Source: Magnetococcales bacterium
GTDB taxonomy: Bacteria > Pseudomonadota > Magnetococcia > Magnetococcales > JADFYX01
Reading direction: 5' to 3'
Assembly: GCA_015231305.1 (NCBI GenBank)
Contig: JADGBW010000006.1
Span: forward strand, 1-63,460
Length of the DNA stretch: 63,460 nucleotides
Shown here one piece after another: positions 9,892-20,806 of this stretch. Under the pieces are notes generated by a model. It was not told the origin of the DNA. It saw nothing but the letters and a program-made list of their open reading frames with translations, and did not search any database. Both the position numbers and the translations under genes were made by a program. Numbering within the stretch: position 1 is the stretch's first letter; each line of letters opens with the position of its first letter.

Positions 9892-10635
9892 TTAAAACAG
9901 AGGAATAAGTGCTAAACAGACAAGGTAGACACCTTCGCTCAGCTCACAACTTGCCCCTAAAAAATCACCCGTTATACCACCTGGATGTTTTTGTATTTTT
10001 TTACGAAAAAATGTTAAAAAAATAGCTACACCTAAAAGGGGAATTTCACCACTAGCCATAAAAAGAGATGGTAATAGGGTAAAAAATGCAAGTACAACCC
10101 AGGCAGAATTATGAGGAATATTGGCAGCCATTTGCGACCCCATGCCAGAGTCTCTAATATAATCGCTAGTTAATAGCAGAAATATCATTGCCAAACGACC
10201 AAACAGAGGAACAAAAAGTAACCACCAAACCCCGTTATTGTTAGCAAATAGTGTATACAGAGCGGCAAATTTAACTAAAAGCAGAAGTACAACCACAACA
10301 ACTGCTCCTGGGCCACTACGAGGGTCTTTTAAAATCGCTAAACATTTTTCCCGGCTCCCCATACCACCAATCCAAGCGTCAGTTACATCAGCTAGACCAT
10401 CTAAGTGCAATCCACCAGTTATCCATACCCATACCACAAGCACCAATGCGCTACGCATTGCTGGGTCAACCGCTTCTAAACACCATGCTACACTGGCCAA
10501 TAATAGGCCTATCGCCACACCAACTAACGGGTAGAAGAGTATAGATAGGCCATATGCTCTTGGAGATGGAGTAGAAATAGCAGGCATGGGGATTTTACTT
10601 AACAAGCCAAAAGCCAAAACCATAGGTGATATCAT
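9892..10635 (-). CDS. cobS: adenosylcobinamide-GDP ribazoletransferase
   Basis: TGGLHLDGLAD, KDPRSG and GITGDFLGA motifs. Confidence 0.95.
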   Translation of the reverse strand: MISPMVLAFGLLSKIPMPAISTPSPRAYGLSILFYPLVGVAIGLLLASVAWCLEAVDPAMRSALVLVVWVWITGGLHLDGLADVTDAWIGGMGSREKCLAILKDPRSGPGAVVVVVLLLLVKFAALYTLFANNNGVWWLLFVPLFGRLAMIFLLLTSDYIRDSGMGSQMAANIPHNSAWVVLAFFTLLPSLFMASGEIPLLGVAIFLTFFRKKIQKHPGGITGDFLGASCELSEGVYLVCLALIPLF

Positions 10636-11273
10636 AATCTTAACCCCATAAAGGCAAGATGGGGAGCAATATTTCGCCCATGTTCATCAAGCTTTAAATG
10701 AATACGGCTAACAGAAGCCAAAGGCACATGCAAAGCAAAACTAGCAGTTAAGGATAGGCCAAGTATTTCAGCTAAAATAGCCCTAATTACACCTCCATGG
10801 GTAATTATAATTTTACGTTTTGTGTTTGTCTTATTAGAGAGCTTACCCCAAGTTACTAACACTCTTTTTTTAAAATCAGATGTTTTTTCTCCACCAGGAG
10901 GTGAGTGAATATCTGGGTTTTGCCAAAAAAGCTTAAGAGGCTCACTATCATACCTTAAAATTTGTGAAGCTGACTTACCTTCCCACTCGCCAAAGCAAAT
11001 TTCACTAAAGCCCTCTTCAATCTTAAGGGGGATGGAGTACTGTTTGGCTATTTTTGAGGCAACTTGATGACATCGAATCAGAGGTGATGTAATTATCTGA
11101 TCACACGGAGCCAGTTTATTTAAAGTAGACTCCATAATTTTTTTACCATTTGCAGTAAGAGGGTCATCTAAAGAACCTCGAAAGCAAGGGCCACCCTCTA
11201 CCTCGCCATGACGTAACAGGTCGATAACTCCTACACTGGTTTTTAATGTGGCTTGGTAGCCAGAATGGGTCAT
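10632..11273 (-). CDS. cobC: alpha-ribazole phosphatase (histidine phosphatase)
   Basis: LLRHGE and THGGVIR. Start moved to ATG 11273, which gives an ATGA overlap with cobT. Confidence 0.85.
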   Translation of the reverse strand: MTHSGYQATLKTSVGVIDLLRHGEVEGGPCFRGSLDDPLTANGKKIMESTLNKLAPCDQIITSPLIRCHQVASKIAKQYSIPLKIEEGFSEICFGEWEGKSASQILRYDSEPLKLFWQNPDIHSPPGGEKTSDFKKRVLVTWGKLSNKTNTKRKIIITHGGVIRAILAEILGLSLTASFALHVPLASVSRIHLKLDEHGRNIAPHLAFMGLRL

Positions 11274-12319
11274 CCCTGGGAAACACCTGCCTGAGCAAAT
11301 GTAGCCATACCAGCATGGAGTGTACAAGCCATTTTTAGAAGTGGAACAGCAACTGCTGCACCGCTCCCCTCCCCCAAGCGCATTTCAAGGTCAACTAAAG
11401 CTTGACCACCTATTGCTGCCAATAGTGCAGAGTGTCCTGGCTCTTCTGATAAATGAGCAAACAGCATCCAGTCTGCTAGCTCAGGACGTAGCCTAACAGC
11501 AGCTAAAGCTGCACTAGTAGTAATAAAACCATCTACCAAAACAGGTATACCAAGTTGGGCTGATGTAATGTAAAAGCCAGCTAAAGCCGCCAACTCAAAA
11601 CCACCTACTTTACGCAATACTGAAAGAGGGTCTTTAGCATCTGGCATATTTTTATCCAGTGCTTTTTGAATAACTTCTGCTTTTTTGGCAACACCTTCAC
11701 TATCTAATCCAGTACCAGGGCCAGCCATTAAAGTAGGAGACAGACCCGCTAATACTCCTCCTACAGCAGCAGCAGCGGTTGTGTTACCAATACCCATTTC
11801 ACCACCAATAAGAAGCTGAACCCCTTCTTTGTGGCCTCTAATAGCTGCTTGTCTTCCCACCTCCATAGCTGTATATAGCTGCTTTTCATCCATAGCAGCA
11901 CCTTGGCTCATGTCTGATGTTCCCGCGCCTACCCTGCTAGAGATTACACTGGGCAGTGGGCCAGGGTCAGTTACAGTTCCAACATCTACCACCTCAAAAT
12001 TGGCATTTAAATTTTTAGCAAGCACCGTTATTGCAGCACCACCACGGGAGAAATTTTTTACCATTTCAACAGTTACAGACTGAGGAAAAGCCGATACCCC
12101 AGATGCTACTACCCCATGATCACCAGCAAACACAACAATTTTTAATTTTTCAAGCTCAGGCAATACCTTGTTTTGCCATCCAGCAAAGTCCACAGCAATT
12201 TTTTCTAACACCCCTAGTGACCCTGGAGGTTTAGTCAACTGTTGTTGATGGCTCAAAGCGTCCTGACGATGTTTTTGTGATGGCACAACTATCGGTGCAT
12301 CCAACCAGTCTGGTCTCAC
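11270..12319 (-). CDS. cobT: nicotinate-nucleotide:DMB phosphoribosyltransferase
   Basis: LTKPPGSLG, GEMGIGNTT and MRLGEGSGA. Confidence 0.97.
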   Translation of the reverse strand: MRPDWLDAPIVVPSQKHRQDALSHQQQLTKPPGSLGVLEKIAVDFAGWQNKVLPELEKLKIVVFAGDHGVVASGVSAFPQSVTVEMVKNFSRGGAAITVLAKNLNANFEVVDVGTVTDPGPLPSVISSRVGAGTSDMSQGAAMDEKQLYTAMEVGRQAAIRGHKEGVQLLIGGEMGIGNTTAAAAVGGVLAGLSPTLMAGPGTGLDSEGVAKKAEVIQKALDKNMPDAKDPLSVLRKVGGFELAALAGFYITSAQLGIPVLVDGFITTSAALAAVRLRPELADWMLFAHLSEEPGHSALLAAIGGQALVDLEMRLGEGSGAAVAVPLLKMACTLHAGMATFAQAGVSQG

Positions 12320-12843
12320 AATTTTACTCCTTTTAAAACTGTTGGCAGCCCTGCCACAGTAAATATAACCCTATCACAAACCTTTGCTAAATCTTGGTGC
12401 AACCACCCGCTCTCATCAACAAAACTTCGGCTTAGATCTCCCATTGGTACAACTCCCAGGCCAGTTTCGTTACCTACCAGTATTATTGGTGATGCAAGTG
12501 CAGGTAAAAGTTCCAGCAATTCTTTTTTTTCTCTTTCCCATAGCTGTTGCCAATCTGGCTGTAATAAAATATTACTCAGCCAAAGTGTTAGACAATCAAC
12601 TAACAGCACTCTATCAGCTTTAGCATGTTTTGCCAAAACTGAAGATAATTCAATAGGTTCCTCAACTAGTTGCCAATGGGATGGTCTCCTTTGTTTATGG
12701 AGCAATATCCGTGTTTGCATCTCTTTATCTTTGGCTTGGGCAGTGGCGATATAAGTAACATCAAGGCCGGATTTTTTAGCCAGCTCTTCAGCCAAACTAC
12801 TTTTACCAGACCTAGCACCTCCAAGAATAAGTTCAATTGCCAT
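12316..12843 (-). CDS. cobU: adenosylcobinamide kinase/guanylyltransferase
   Basis: GGARSGKS, DCLTLWL and NETGLGVVP. Confidence 0.96.
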   Translation of the reverse strand: MAIELILGGARSGKSSLAEELAKKSGLDVTYIATAQAKDKEMQTRILLHKQRRPSHWQLVEEPIELSSVLAKHAKADRVLLVDCLTLWLSNILLQPDWQQLWEREKKELLELLPALASPIILVGNETGLGVVPMGDLSRSFVDESGWLHQDLAKVCDRVIFTVAGLPTVLKGVKL

Positions 12844-12929
12844 TGCTGCCTATGCTTTTTTTTATAAAATAATATCAATAGATTGATGATTCAGATAACA
12901 TGGTTATATAAAAGCTAGCAACCCCTATA

Positions 12930-13505
12930 ATGGAATTTAAAATGAATAACTCTAATACTACAGCAAATTCTAAAACAAAAAAACGTCAAGGTCGGGTTGT
13001 GGTTTTAACCGGTCCTGGTAAAGGCAAGTCTTCCAGCGCATTTGGTATGGTATTAAGAGCAGCCGGGTGGAACTATAAAATTTGTGTTATTCAATTTATT
13101 AAAAAAGAGTCTCGCAGAACAGGAGAACAGATGGCAGCTGCTAAGCTATCTGGTATAGAATGGCACTGTTTAGGTGATGGCTTTACCTGGATAACCAAAA
13201 ATCCTGAGCAAGATGCAAGCAACAACAAAAAAATATGGGAATTTTCCCAAGAAAAAATCAGCAGTGGTGAATTTGATCTGGTAGTACTTGATGAAATAAA
13301 CTATGCAGCCAGCTATGGTTGGATATCAGGAGCTGAAATTGCCGATTTTATCAAAAATAAAAAACCTTATGAGACACATCTAATTTTAACGGGGCGGGAT
13401 GCTCTACCAGAGGTAATTGCAGTTGCCGATACTGTTACCGAAATGGGTATGGTTAAACATGCCTATGAAGCTGGCATCACCGCTGGCAGGGGCATTGAGT
13501 TTTAA
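12930..13505 (+). CDS. cobO: cob(I)yrinic acid a,c-diamide adenosyltransferase
   Basis: TGPGKGKSSSAFG, QFIK, LDEIN, LTGR and GIEF (CobA/BtuR family). Confidence 0.94.
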   Translation: MEFKMNNSNTTANSKTKKRQGRVVVLTGPGKGKSSSAFGMVLRAAGWNYKICVIQFIKKESRRTGEQMAAAKLSGIEWHCLGDGFTWITKNPEQDASNNKKIWEFSQEKISSGEFDLVVLDEINYAASYGWISGAEIADFIKNKKPYETHLILTGRDALPEVIAVADTVTEMGMVKHAYEAGITAGRGIEF

Positions 13506-13556
13506 CTTAAGACCTCACAACAATTAGCATTAGCAAGTTGGTAGTTATTATTAAGT

Positions 13557-14597
13557 CTATTTTGAAATTGATTTAAGTGTACTCTCAAGACGTTGCCATT
13601 GGTCTTTGTCACCTGGCAACCCAAAACGGATACCTCCGGGATCACTAAAACGTCTGACTAGTATTCCATGCTGAGCAAATTTGTTAAACAACTCTTTGCT
13701 ACGAGAAACTTTAACCCATTTAAATAGAGTTGTTCCTCCAATTGGGGTCAAATTATATTTGCTTAGCATATTATGTAGTTGTTTTTGTTTTTCTTCTAAT
13801 TGACTACGTGTTTCAACATGCCAAGCAGTATCATTTAAACAGTTTTTAGCTACATGGCGTGATGGTCCACTTATCTGCCATGGACCTAGTAGCTGCCTCA
13901 TACTATCGAGTAGTTCTGGCCAACCAAAGACAAAGCCAACTCTTGCTCCAGCCAAGCCAAAAAATTTACCTAAGGAACGTAACACAATTAACCCTGGCTT
14001 TCCTGTCTCACCAATCATGCTTAATTGTGGTGTAGAGTCCATGAAGGCTTCATCAACTATTAACCATCTTTCCCCTCCAAATGCCTTGTCAGCAACAGCC
14101 TGACGTTTACGCCATTCAAATAGTTTCTCTTTACTAATTATTTTTCCAGTCGGATTGTTAGGGTTTACTACAACCACAGCATCATATAACTCTATTTTTT
14201 TCTCAAGCTCTCTTAATGTTACCTGTTCTACCTGATGGCTGGGAGGTGTAGAATAAAATGGTTTTTTATGTTTTTTACCAATAAAACCCCATGAGTGAGC
14301 ATGCTCTGAGTATGTTGGAGAGAGAACAGCAACCCTAAACTTTTCTGTTAAACGAGATAAAACTTGAATTGCTGCTTGAGAACCAGCAACAGGAAGTATA
14401 TTTTCACTACCATAGTAAGCAGATGCAGACTGTAACAGGCCATCTTCATCTTCTGGAAGGCGTAGCCATTTATCAGCAGGAATATGTGGAATGCTCCAGC
14501 CAATTGGGTTGATACCTGTAGAAAGGTCCAGCCATTTCTTAGGAGGCAAACCAAAAGTCAGTGCTGCCTGTTGAATTCCACCACCATGATTAAGCAA
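13557..14597 (-). CDS. cobD: L-threonine-O-3-phosphate decarboxylase
   Basis: HGG, DLSTGINP, NPNNPTG, VDEAF and RSLGKFFGLAG. Confidence 0.93.
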   Translation of the reverse strand: MLNHGGGIQQAALTFGLPPKKWLDLSTGINPIGWSIPHIPADKWLRLPEDEDGLLQSASAYYGSENILPVAGSQAAIQVLSRLTEKFRVAVLSPTYSEHAHSWGFIGKKHKKPFYSTPPSHQVEQVTLRELEKKIELYDAVVVVNPNNPTGKIISKEKLFEWRKRQAVADKAFGGERWLIVDEAFMDSTPQLSMIGETGKPGLIVLRSLGKFFGLAGARVGFVFGWPELLDSMRQLLGPWQISGPSRHVAKNCLNDTAWHVETRSQLEEKQKQLHNMLSKYNLTPIGGTTLFKWVKVSRSKELFNKFAQHGILVRRFSDPGGIRFGLPGDKDQWQRLESTLKSISK

Positions 14598-15525
14598 TTA
14601 CCAACACTCCTATGATAAACACAACCACAATCCAAAGCGCAATGCCCCGCCTAACTAACCCAACTGCCCTTGGTATATCTGCAATTCTAGGTGGAGTGCC
14701 TTCACCCATAATTGGGTTTTGTTGAGCAACACCATGATAAACAGTTTCACCACCTAAAATGATTTCTAAAGCACCTGCTCCACTAGCCATTACCAAAGTA
14801 GCATTAGGGCTTTTACGATTTTTACAATAAAACCAAGACCGTAAGGCTGGCTGGCTTTTTCCAACTAATAAATAAGTTAAAGCAGTTAAACGAGCCGGAA
14901 CATAGTTAAGTAGATCATCCAGCCTGGCAGCCCCCCAACCAAAATGTAGATAACGCTGGTTGCGGTATCCCCACATTGCATCCAGGGTATTTACTAACCT
15001 ATAGATAATTGCTCCTGGAGCACCCAAAATTAAAAACCAAAACAGAGCACCAAATACTGCATCACAGCCATTTTCCAAAACTGATTCTATAGTAGAACGA
15101 GCAATATTTGTTTCATCCATAGCCTCAACATCACGGCTAACAATCATAGCCACACTTTGCCTAGCAGCTTCAAGCCCTTCAGAATCCATGGCTTTAACTA
15201 CATTATGAGCATGTGTAGCTAGGCTCTTGGCTCCCAACACAAAATAAAGGACAACTACAGAAAATAATTCACCTAAAAATGCTATATTAGAAATCCAAGA
15301 ACTCGCAATAGTTATCGGTATAACTATGATAATAACTGCAATCACCCCACGCATCCTAATTATATTGTAACGCTTTTTATCATTTGATGCAACATATAGT
15401 ATTTCTTCTACTAAATTTGCCATATTCCCGACACCAACTAAAGGGTGATATCGTCTCACCTCAGAGAACAATCTATCAAGAAATATAGCAGCTACCATAA
15501 GAAGTGCTAACGTTTTAAATTCCAT
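14590..15525 (-). CDS. cbiB: adenosylcobinamide-phosphate synthase
   Basis: HPLV, IVSRD, ESVLEN, NTLDAMWGY and ARLDD. Confidence 0.95.
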   Translation of the reverse strand: MEFKTLALLMVAAIFLDRLFSEVRRYHPLVGVGNMANLVEEILYVASNDKKRYNIIRMRGVIAVIIIVIPITIASSWISNIAFLGELFSVVVLYFVLGAKSLATHAHNVVKAMDSEGLEAARQSVAMIVSRDVEAMDETNIARSTIESVLENGCDAVFGALFWFLILGAPGAIIYRLVNTLDAMWGYRNQRYLHFGWGAARLDDLLNYVPARLTALTYLLVGKSQPALRSWFYCKNRKSPNATLVMASGAGALEIILGGETVYHGVAQQNPIMGEGTPPRIADIPRAVGLVRRGIALWIVVVFIIGVLVIA

Positions 15526-16134
15526 AAAACCAACCTAAAAAACAGTACATTTTAGAAACAAAATACCCCCACATATTTCCTGTAATAATATGTGGTAAAA
15601 TGAAAAAACAACACAATCCTAAATAACTTTAGAAATTGTAAAAAATATAATAGTAGTTAATTGCTGGGTGTGATTTTTTTAAAAATAAAACAGTAAAATA
15701 TCTCTGTCTTAATCATGAACATAATAATTAAATTTTTTTTCATACCTGACTTAAAACAAACACCATTTATATGTTAAAATAAATTTTTTACAGCCTGTAT
15801 TAACTTATTTTTGATAAGTGATAATAAGAGATTTGGACTGTAAATTTAGTATGTGCTAGGCATATATTCAAAAGACTCCTATATATTGCACCCTTTGTCT
15901 ACTTATCAATAATTCACTTAGCATTGTAATGGCATAGAGACCCTACCCAAATATAACTTTGTCAATTACACATTAATAATTATGGAGACATTTTGGACCT
16001 TAACAACAAACAAAGGACTCTTGGATTGTTATTGGTAAGATAGGTTGGCTTATAGTTAGTAGACAGGTATATTGATCACCTTGGTAAGACACCTTTAAAT
16101 CTAGGTTAAACTAGTTATCTTGGGATGGTGAGTT

Positions 16135-16968
16135 ATGGAGCAGACGCTACTTGAACAGGAAAAAGTTATCCGCCTCAGCTTTTTTTTTGGAATTTTTGCA
16201 TTAGTTGCAATTTGGGAGATAACTGCCCCTAGACGCAAATTATCCATTAGCAAAGGCATGCGATGGAGCGCAAACCTTGGCGTGGTCGTTTTAAACACTA
16301 TTTTATTACGTCTGCTGTTTCCCACTGCTGCGGTAGGCTTAGCGTTAGTTGGCGAAGAGAGAAGCTGGGGTTTACTAAATAACTTTGAGATATCACCCTG
16401 GTTAGGGGTTATTATCGGTGTAGGTTTTATGGATTTTGCAATCTACGCTCAACATGTAATGTTTCATTCTGTTCCCACCCTATGGCGACTACATAAAGTA
16501 CACCATGCAGATCTTGACTATGATGTAACAACAGGAGCACGCTTTCACCCTATTGAAATTATACTATCAATGGTTATCAAGCTCGGTGTTGTGCTTTCCC
16601 TAGGACCATCAGCACAAGCTGTACTAATATTTGAAGTGCTACTAAATGCCATGGCTATGTTTAATCATGGCAATATATATTTACCAATAGAGATAGATAA
16701 AAGACTACGTCTGTTTGTTGTCACCCCTGATATGCACCGAGTTCATCATTCTGTTCACGCACCTTTAACAAACTCAAACTTTGGCTTCAACCTACCCTGG
16801 TGGGACCGCATTATGGGTACTTATACAGCCCAACCATTAACAGGCCATGAAGAGATGGATATCGGTCTAAATGAACCCAGAGAACCAAAACTGGTTAGCA
16901 CATTACCCGGCTTGCTAAAACTACCGTTTATTTCTCACTTAGATAAATACACAATCAACCGAAGATAA
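16135..16968 (+). CDS. sterol desaturase / fatty acid hydroxylase family protein
   Basis: His boxes HVMFH, HKVHH, FNH and HRVHH; NSNFG motif. Confidence 0.9.
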   Translation: MEQTLLEQEKVIRLSFFFGIFALVAIWEITAPRRKLSISKGMRWSANLGVVVLNTILLRLLFPTAAVGLALVGEERSWGLLNNFEISPWLGVIIGVGFMDFAIYAQHVMFHSVPTLWRLHKVHHADLDYDVTTGARFHPIEIILSMVIKLGVVLSLGPSAQAVLIFEVLLNAMAMFNHGNIYLPIEIDKRLRLFVVTPDMHRVHHSVHAPLTNSNFGFNLPWWDRIMGTYTAQPLTGHEEMDIGLNEPREPKLVSTLPGLLKLPFISHLDKYTINRR

Positions 16969-17035
16969 TAAAACCAGACTACCACAGTTAATAAACAGCT
17001 AAATGTTGCTTGCTATAACACAATTGAAGCAAACC

Positions 17036-18565
17036 TTAATCCCCAGAATAACTCCCCCCAACCCGATATTGAATTGCCTCAGCAAGGTGTTCTACGCCAA
17101 TGTTGGACGAATCAGCAAGATCTGCAATGGTTCGAGCTACACGACGCAAGCGGTTGTGGGTGCGAGCTGAGAAAGATAGCTTTCTTCCGGCATTCAACAA
17201 TAAAGATTGGCTATCTTTATCAAGTGCTGCATTTTTTTCTAATATTTTACCATCGAGTGAAGAATTTAAAACTCCAGCTCCATTACGTGCATATTGTCGT
17301 TCTCTAGCAGCAACTACACGCAGCCTAATTTCAGATGAAGACTCACCTGTAGGTAGCTCTATTAAATTTTCATGTGGTACTGGAGGTACTTCTACATGGA
17401 GATCAATTCGGTCCATTAAAGGCCCTGACAACCTTGCTCGATATTGTTCTATACGCGCCTGATTACAACGACACTCACGATATGGGTTACCAAGATGACC
17501 ACATGGACAAGGGTTAAAAGCAGCTACAAGCTGAAAGTCAGCAGGAAACCTAGCAGAACGAGCAGCACGAGATATATTCACCTCCCCTGCCTCTAAAGGC
17601 TCTCGTAATACCTCTAAGGTACTACGCCCAAACTCTGGTATTTCATCAAGAAAAAGCACCCCACGATGAGCTAAACTCACCTCTCCTGGTTTAGGTATAC
17701 TACCACCACCAACCAATGCTCCCTGAGATGAGTTATGATGAGGAGATCGAAATGGACGCACACCAACAATAGGCTGTCCAGCATGGAGCTTTCCTGCTAC
17801 TGAATGGATAGCAGTTACTTCCAAGGCTTCATCAAGAGACATATCTGGCAGCAGGCCAGGAAGACAACGAGCCAATAAAGTTTTGCCAGAACCCGGAGGA
17901 CCACTCATAATAAGGTTATGGCCACCAGCAGCTACTACCTCTAAAGATTGCTTGGCATGCTCTTGACCTTTTACATCACCCATATCCCGCACCAAACGAC
18001 TCTCTTCACCCACCCAATCTTGTAGGCCAGTTGTCACTACTGGTTTAAGAGGCTCCTCGGCTAAAAGGTGACGAACAAGCTCAAGAAAAGTAGTAGGAGC
18101 AACAACACTAAGCTCCTCAATTAATGCTGCCTCTACTCCATTCTCTTTTGGTACAATTAACTCAGTAAAACCATCACGTTTAGCATATAGCGCAGCTGGT
18201 AATGCTCCAGTTATGGGCCGTAAGCGACCATCCAAAGAAAGCTCACCCATAACAACTCGGCTATCCATAACCTGTTGTGGCAAACTACCCATAGCTACCA
18301 AAAGCCCTAAAGCCATAGGCAGGTCATAAGCCGAACCAACCTTAGGTAGATGAGCTGGAGCAAGATTTATAGTGATACGCCGAGTGGGAATTTTATAACC
18401 AGAATTAACAAGTGCAGCTCGAACCCTATCTTTAGCCTCACGTACAGTTGCTTCAGGAAGTCCAACTATACTCAATGCTGGCAAACCACGGCTTAAATCA
18501 ACTTCAACCTCAACAGGAACCCCAACCACTCCTTCAAGAGCAATGGTGTTAATACGAGCCAGCAT
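17036..18565 (-). CDS. comM: YifB/ComM Mg-chelatase-like AAA ATPase
   Basis: IVGLPE, TINLAPA, GPPGSGKT, PFRSPHH and NPCPCG. Confidence 0.95.
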   Translation of the reverse strand: MLARINTIALEGVVGVPVEVEVDLSRGLPALSIVGLPEATVREAKDRVRAALVNSGYKIPTRRITINLAPAHLPKVGSAYDLPMALGLLVAMGSLPQQVMDSRVVMGELSLDGRLRPITGALPAALYAKRDGFTELIVPKENGVEAALIEELSVVAPTTFLELVRHLLAEEPLKPVVTTGLQDWVGEESRLVRDMGDVKGQEHAKQSLEVVAAGGHNLIMSGPPGSGKTLLARCLPGLLPDMSLDEALEVTAIHSVAGKLHAGQPIVGVRPFRSPHHNSSQGALVGGGSIPKPGEVSLAHRGVLFLDEIPEFGRSTLEVLREPLEAGEVNISRAARSARFPADFQLVAAFNPCPCGHLGNPYRECRCNQARIEQYRARLSGPLMDRIDLHVEVPPVPHENLIELPTGESSSEIRLRVVAARERQYARNGAGVLNSSLDGKILEKNAALDKDSQSLLLNAGRKLSFSARTHNRLRRVARTIADLADSSNIGVEHLAEAIQYRVGGSYSGD

Positions 18566-18882
18566 AGTTAAAATTTTCCTTGAGATTATGTGATAAATCT
18601 AAATGTTTTTTTATTTTCAATTTTATTTTAAGTTTTCAACCAAAATTCACCATCACATAGAAAGAAAAATTGGCTTTCTTATAGTTTAGTTATGCATATT
18701 ACAACTGAAATTGTCATTTTGCAACAGGATAACTTTAATAAGAAAGATAAACAGCAATAACCCCATCAATATAAATAGTTTGCAGTGATTTGAGGATATT
18801 TTGGATAAGAGGAGGTTTTTGAAGAAAAGAAAAAAGCAAAATATCGAGCTTGCTCAAAGGCGCAAGAAAAATGACTAGCATT

Positions 18883-18901
18883 GCCCCTAACTTGTAGGGG
18901 C
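18883..18901. terminator. hairpin downstream of the aldehyde dehydrogenase
   Basis: GCCCCTA-acttg-TAGGGGC. Confidence 0.45.
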
Positions 18902-18921
18902 TTTGTTTTAAAATTTTTTAT

Positions 18922-20349
18922 TTATGAATGATATACTAAAACCCGTTTTTCTAACATATCATCCATGGCATAACGTACACCCTCCCGGCCCAAGCCAGAA
19001 TCTTTTAAACCGCCATAGGGCATGTTATCTACCCTAAACGATGGTACATCGTTATGAACTACACCACCTACTTCAAGGGCATCAAACCCCCGCATAACAG
19101 TGGAAAAATCGTCAGTAAAAAGACCACACTGCAAACCAAATTTTGAATCGTTAACTCTATTAAAAGCATCTTCCATATCATCCACCGCAGTTAAAGTAAC
19201 CACAGGGCCAAAGGCCTCTTCAGATGATATTCTAGATCTAGAATCAACCTCTTCTAATATGGTTGCAGCCATACTATTACCCTGCCCTACATCAGCTACG
19301 CTGTTTCCTGTAATAACCTCTGCACCTTGCACAACAGCTTCTTGAACCCAATCCAACAAACGTTGCCTGTTGTTGCTATCAATCATGGGGCCTAATGTGG
19401 TTTTAGGGTCAAGGGGATCACCAGGAACCAATGCTTCAGCAGCTTTTTTAAACCTAGCTCTAAATTCGCCAATAATTTCTTGATGTAGAAATATTCTCTG
19501 TACAGAGATGCATACCTGCCCACATTGGTAAAACGCCCCCATTACGGATCTTGCAATCAACCAGTCCCAATCTTTTACATCTTTATCAACAATAAGCCCG
19601 GCGTTGCCTCCCAGTTCTAACAGTACTTTTTTCCTGCCAGCATCTCTCTTCATCTGCCAGCCAATTTCTGGTGAACCGGTAAAACTCAACAAATTTATTC
19701 TATCGTCTTCAACTAACATCTGCCCCGCTTGTCTATCACAAGGCAAAACAGAAAAAGCACCTTTTGGCCAGCCAGAATCTTGAACAATCTCTGCTAACAT
19801 TAGTGCGGTTAAAGGAGTTTTAGAGGCAGGTTTTAAAATTACAGGACAACCAGTCGCAATTGCTGGAGCAATTTTATGAATTGCCAAGTTTAGCGGAAAA
19901 TTAAATGGAGCAATGGCAGATACCACACCAACAGGATATTTACGCACCAAAGCCCTACGACCAGCTCCCATGGAGTTAACCCCAAGGTCAAACGCTTCAC
20001 CCTGTATACGGGTAGCCTCACCAACTGCTATGTCAAATGTGGCAATTGCTCTTGCTAGCTCTAAGCGTGATTCAGAAATTGTTTTACCATTCTCTTGGCT
20101 TAAAACACGAGCAAATTCCTCTTTACGCCTTTCCATACCATCGCGGATAAAAGCCAAGGCATCAGCACGCTGGTAAGGTTCTAGCTTACTGGTTTCAGGA
20201 AGAGAGGCAACTGCGGCATCTAATGCTAAATTTATCTCATGGGTTCCACACTGAGCAACACTATCTACCAGCTCACCGTTATAAGGATTAACCACATTTA
20301 AAGTTTTACCAGTGCTAACCCAATCTCCAGCTAAATAGGCCTCTTTCAT
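18922..20349 (-). CDS. aldehyde dehydrogenase family protein
   Basis: PFNFPLN, KPA, FTGS, LELGGN, catalytic GQVCIS and EAFGP. Confidence 0.95.
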   Translation of the reverse strand: MKEAYLAGDWVSTGKTLNVVNPYNGELVDSVAQCGTHEINLALDAAVASLPETSKLEPYQRADALAFIRDGMERRKEEFARVLSQENGKTISESRLELARAIATFDIAVGEATRIQGEAFDLGVNSMGAGRRALVRKYPVGVVSAIAPFNFPLNLAIHKIAPAIATGCPVILKPASKTPLTALMLAEIVQDSGWPKGAFSVLPCDRQAGQMLVEDDRINLLSFTGSPEIGWQMKRDAGRKKVLLELGGNAGLIVDKDVKDWDWLIARSVMGAFYQCGQVCISVQRIFLHQEIIGEFRARFKKAAEALVPGDPLDPKTTLGPMIDSNNRQRLLDWVQEAVVQGAEVITGNSVADVGQGNSMAATILEEVDSRSRISSEEAFGPVVTLTAVDDMEDAFNRVNDSKFGLQCGLFTDDFSTVMRGFDALEVGGVVHNDVPSFRVDNMPYGGLKDSGLGREGVRYAMDDMLEKRVLVYHS

Positions 20350-20526
20350 AACAATCTCCTATCCGGTATAAGGGCAATAAAAAATGCACATCCATTGTAG
20401 TTATATTTTATGCCAAGGATCAGCCTTGATAAATTACAATGAGTATATCTATTTTCTTCAAAGCTACTGTAAAATAAAAAAACAGGAGAAATATGGATAT
20501 ATTATTTATTGTTACCCTAAATTAGC

Positions 20527-20781
20527 TCAACTTTTTTGTGCTAAAGCTGCCTCTAACTCTAAAACCTGTTTTTCTAAATCATCTACTTTAATCCGGGTGT
20601 TGCTCAACAAAGTTTGGGCAGCATCAAATTCGTCTCTTGTTACCAAATCAAAATGCTCAACCCCCTCCCGTACAACATCACGTAACTGCCTGATCATCTC
20701 TTGGCGACTCTCACCAACCATATTAACCACACCCATAATGTTTTGGGTAATTTGGTCTAGCATTACATTATCAATTTGCAT
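20527..20781 (-). CDS. ubiK: ubiquinone accessory factor UbiK (BMFP family)
   Basis: DLVTRDEFD motif and C-terminal coiled coil; ubi context. Confidence 0.85.
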   Translation of the reverse strand: MQIDNVMLDQITQNIMGVVNMVGESRQEMIRQLRDVVREGVEHFDLVTRDEFDAAQTLLSNTRIKVDDLEKQVLELEAALAQKS

Positions 20782-20806
20782 TTTGTTGCCTCTTGTTATT
20801 CTCTAG

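Noticed and set aside
15526-16134. Cobalamin riboswitch or IS relic upstream of cbiB (TTTAAATCTAGG near 16094-16105 resembles an element end)
   Set aside because: No B12-box-like motifs, no convincing partner inverted end and no transposase-like frame.
18808-18878. GAGGAGG followed by a 19-aa basic peptide
   Set aside because: SD-to-TTG spacing is only about 3 nt and the sequence is low-complexity purine-rich.
20384-20806. 140-aa ORF on the + strand
   Set aside because: Antisense shadow of ubiK.
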